Origin: an uncultured archaeon
Lineage (GTDB): Archaea; Asgardarchaeota; Jordiarchaeia; Jordiarchaeales; Jordiarchaeaceae
DNA: 6,718 nucleotides
Assembly (NCBI GenBank): GCA_964510585.1
Contig: CAZECW010000077.1
Location: forward strand, 1-6,718
Direction: 5' to 3'
The notes beneath the pieces were generated by a model that was not told the DNA's origin, made no database searches, and was given only the letters and a program-made list of their open reading frames with translations. Every line of letters starts with the position of its first letter. Position 1 is the stretch's first letter. Below, in pieces: positions 6,569 through 6,718 of the stretch. The position numbers and the translations under genes are program-made.

Positions 6569-6718
6569 ATGACAGAAGCAACACTCCAAACTGTTATTCT
6601 CATTCTACCCATTTATGTTTTACTGACCATCCTGATAATAACCCACACCAGAAGAGAACAAAGCATAACCCTCCCCCACCACCGCTGGGGAAAACCCCGC
6701 CGAAAAAACAAGACCAGA
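6569..6718 (+). CDS. Possible small membrane-anchored hypothetical protein, partial and running off the right edge
   Basis: ATG 6569 is open to the window end (MTEATLQTVILILPIYVLLTILIITHTRREQSITLPHHRWGKPRRKNKTR). It has one long hydrophobic segment followed by a basic tail, and GTGA lies a few nt upstream. It is divergent from pelota. Confidence 0.4.
   Translation, partial: MTEATLQTVILILPIYVLLTILIITHTRREQSITLPHHRWGKPRRKNKTR

Noticed and set aside
1-6718. CRISPR array, transposase, integrase or other mobile element
   Set aside because: No regularly spaced repeats, terminal inverted repeats or recombinase/transposase motifs were seen.

Overview
This is an AT-rich archaeal chromosomal window. 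It holds an SRP (7S) RNA gene at about 270-634 (+) that the ORF track does not show, with a BRE/TATA promoter upstream. The protein genes are a TtuA/Ncs6-type tRNA 2-thiolation protein and a PDZ-containing M50 site-2 protease (both -), a coupled nucleotidyltransferase plus radical SAM pair (+), pelota (-), and two possible partial ORFs at the window edges. The main finding is a 31-nt insertion (499-529) at the tip of SRP RNA helix 8, folded by hand as a bulge-helix-bulge (BHB)-type motif. Cutting at the standard archaeal splicing endonuclease positions restores the canonical AGG-CCC-GNRA-GGG-AGCAG helix 8 exactly, so this looks like an intron-containing SRP RNA. The same RNA has a second, non-BHB hairpin insertion in the Alu domain and a weaker BHB-like arrangement at its ends. 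The radical SAM protein has a non-canonical CX5CX3C motif. All structures were folded by eye and no searches were run, so novelty and lineage are unverified.
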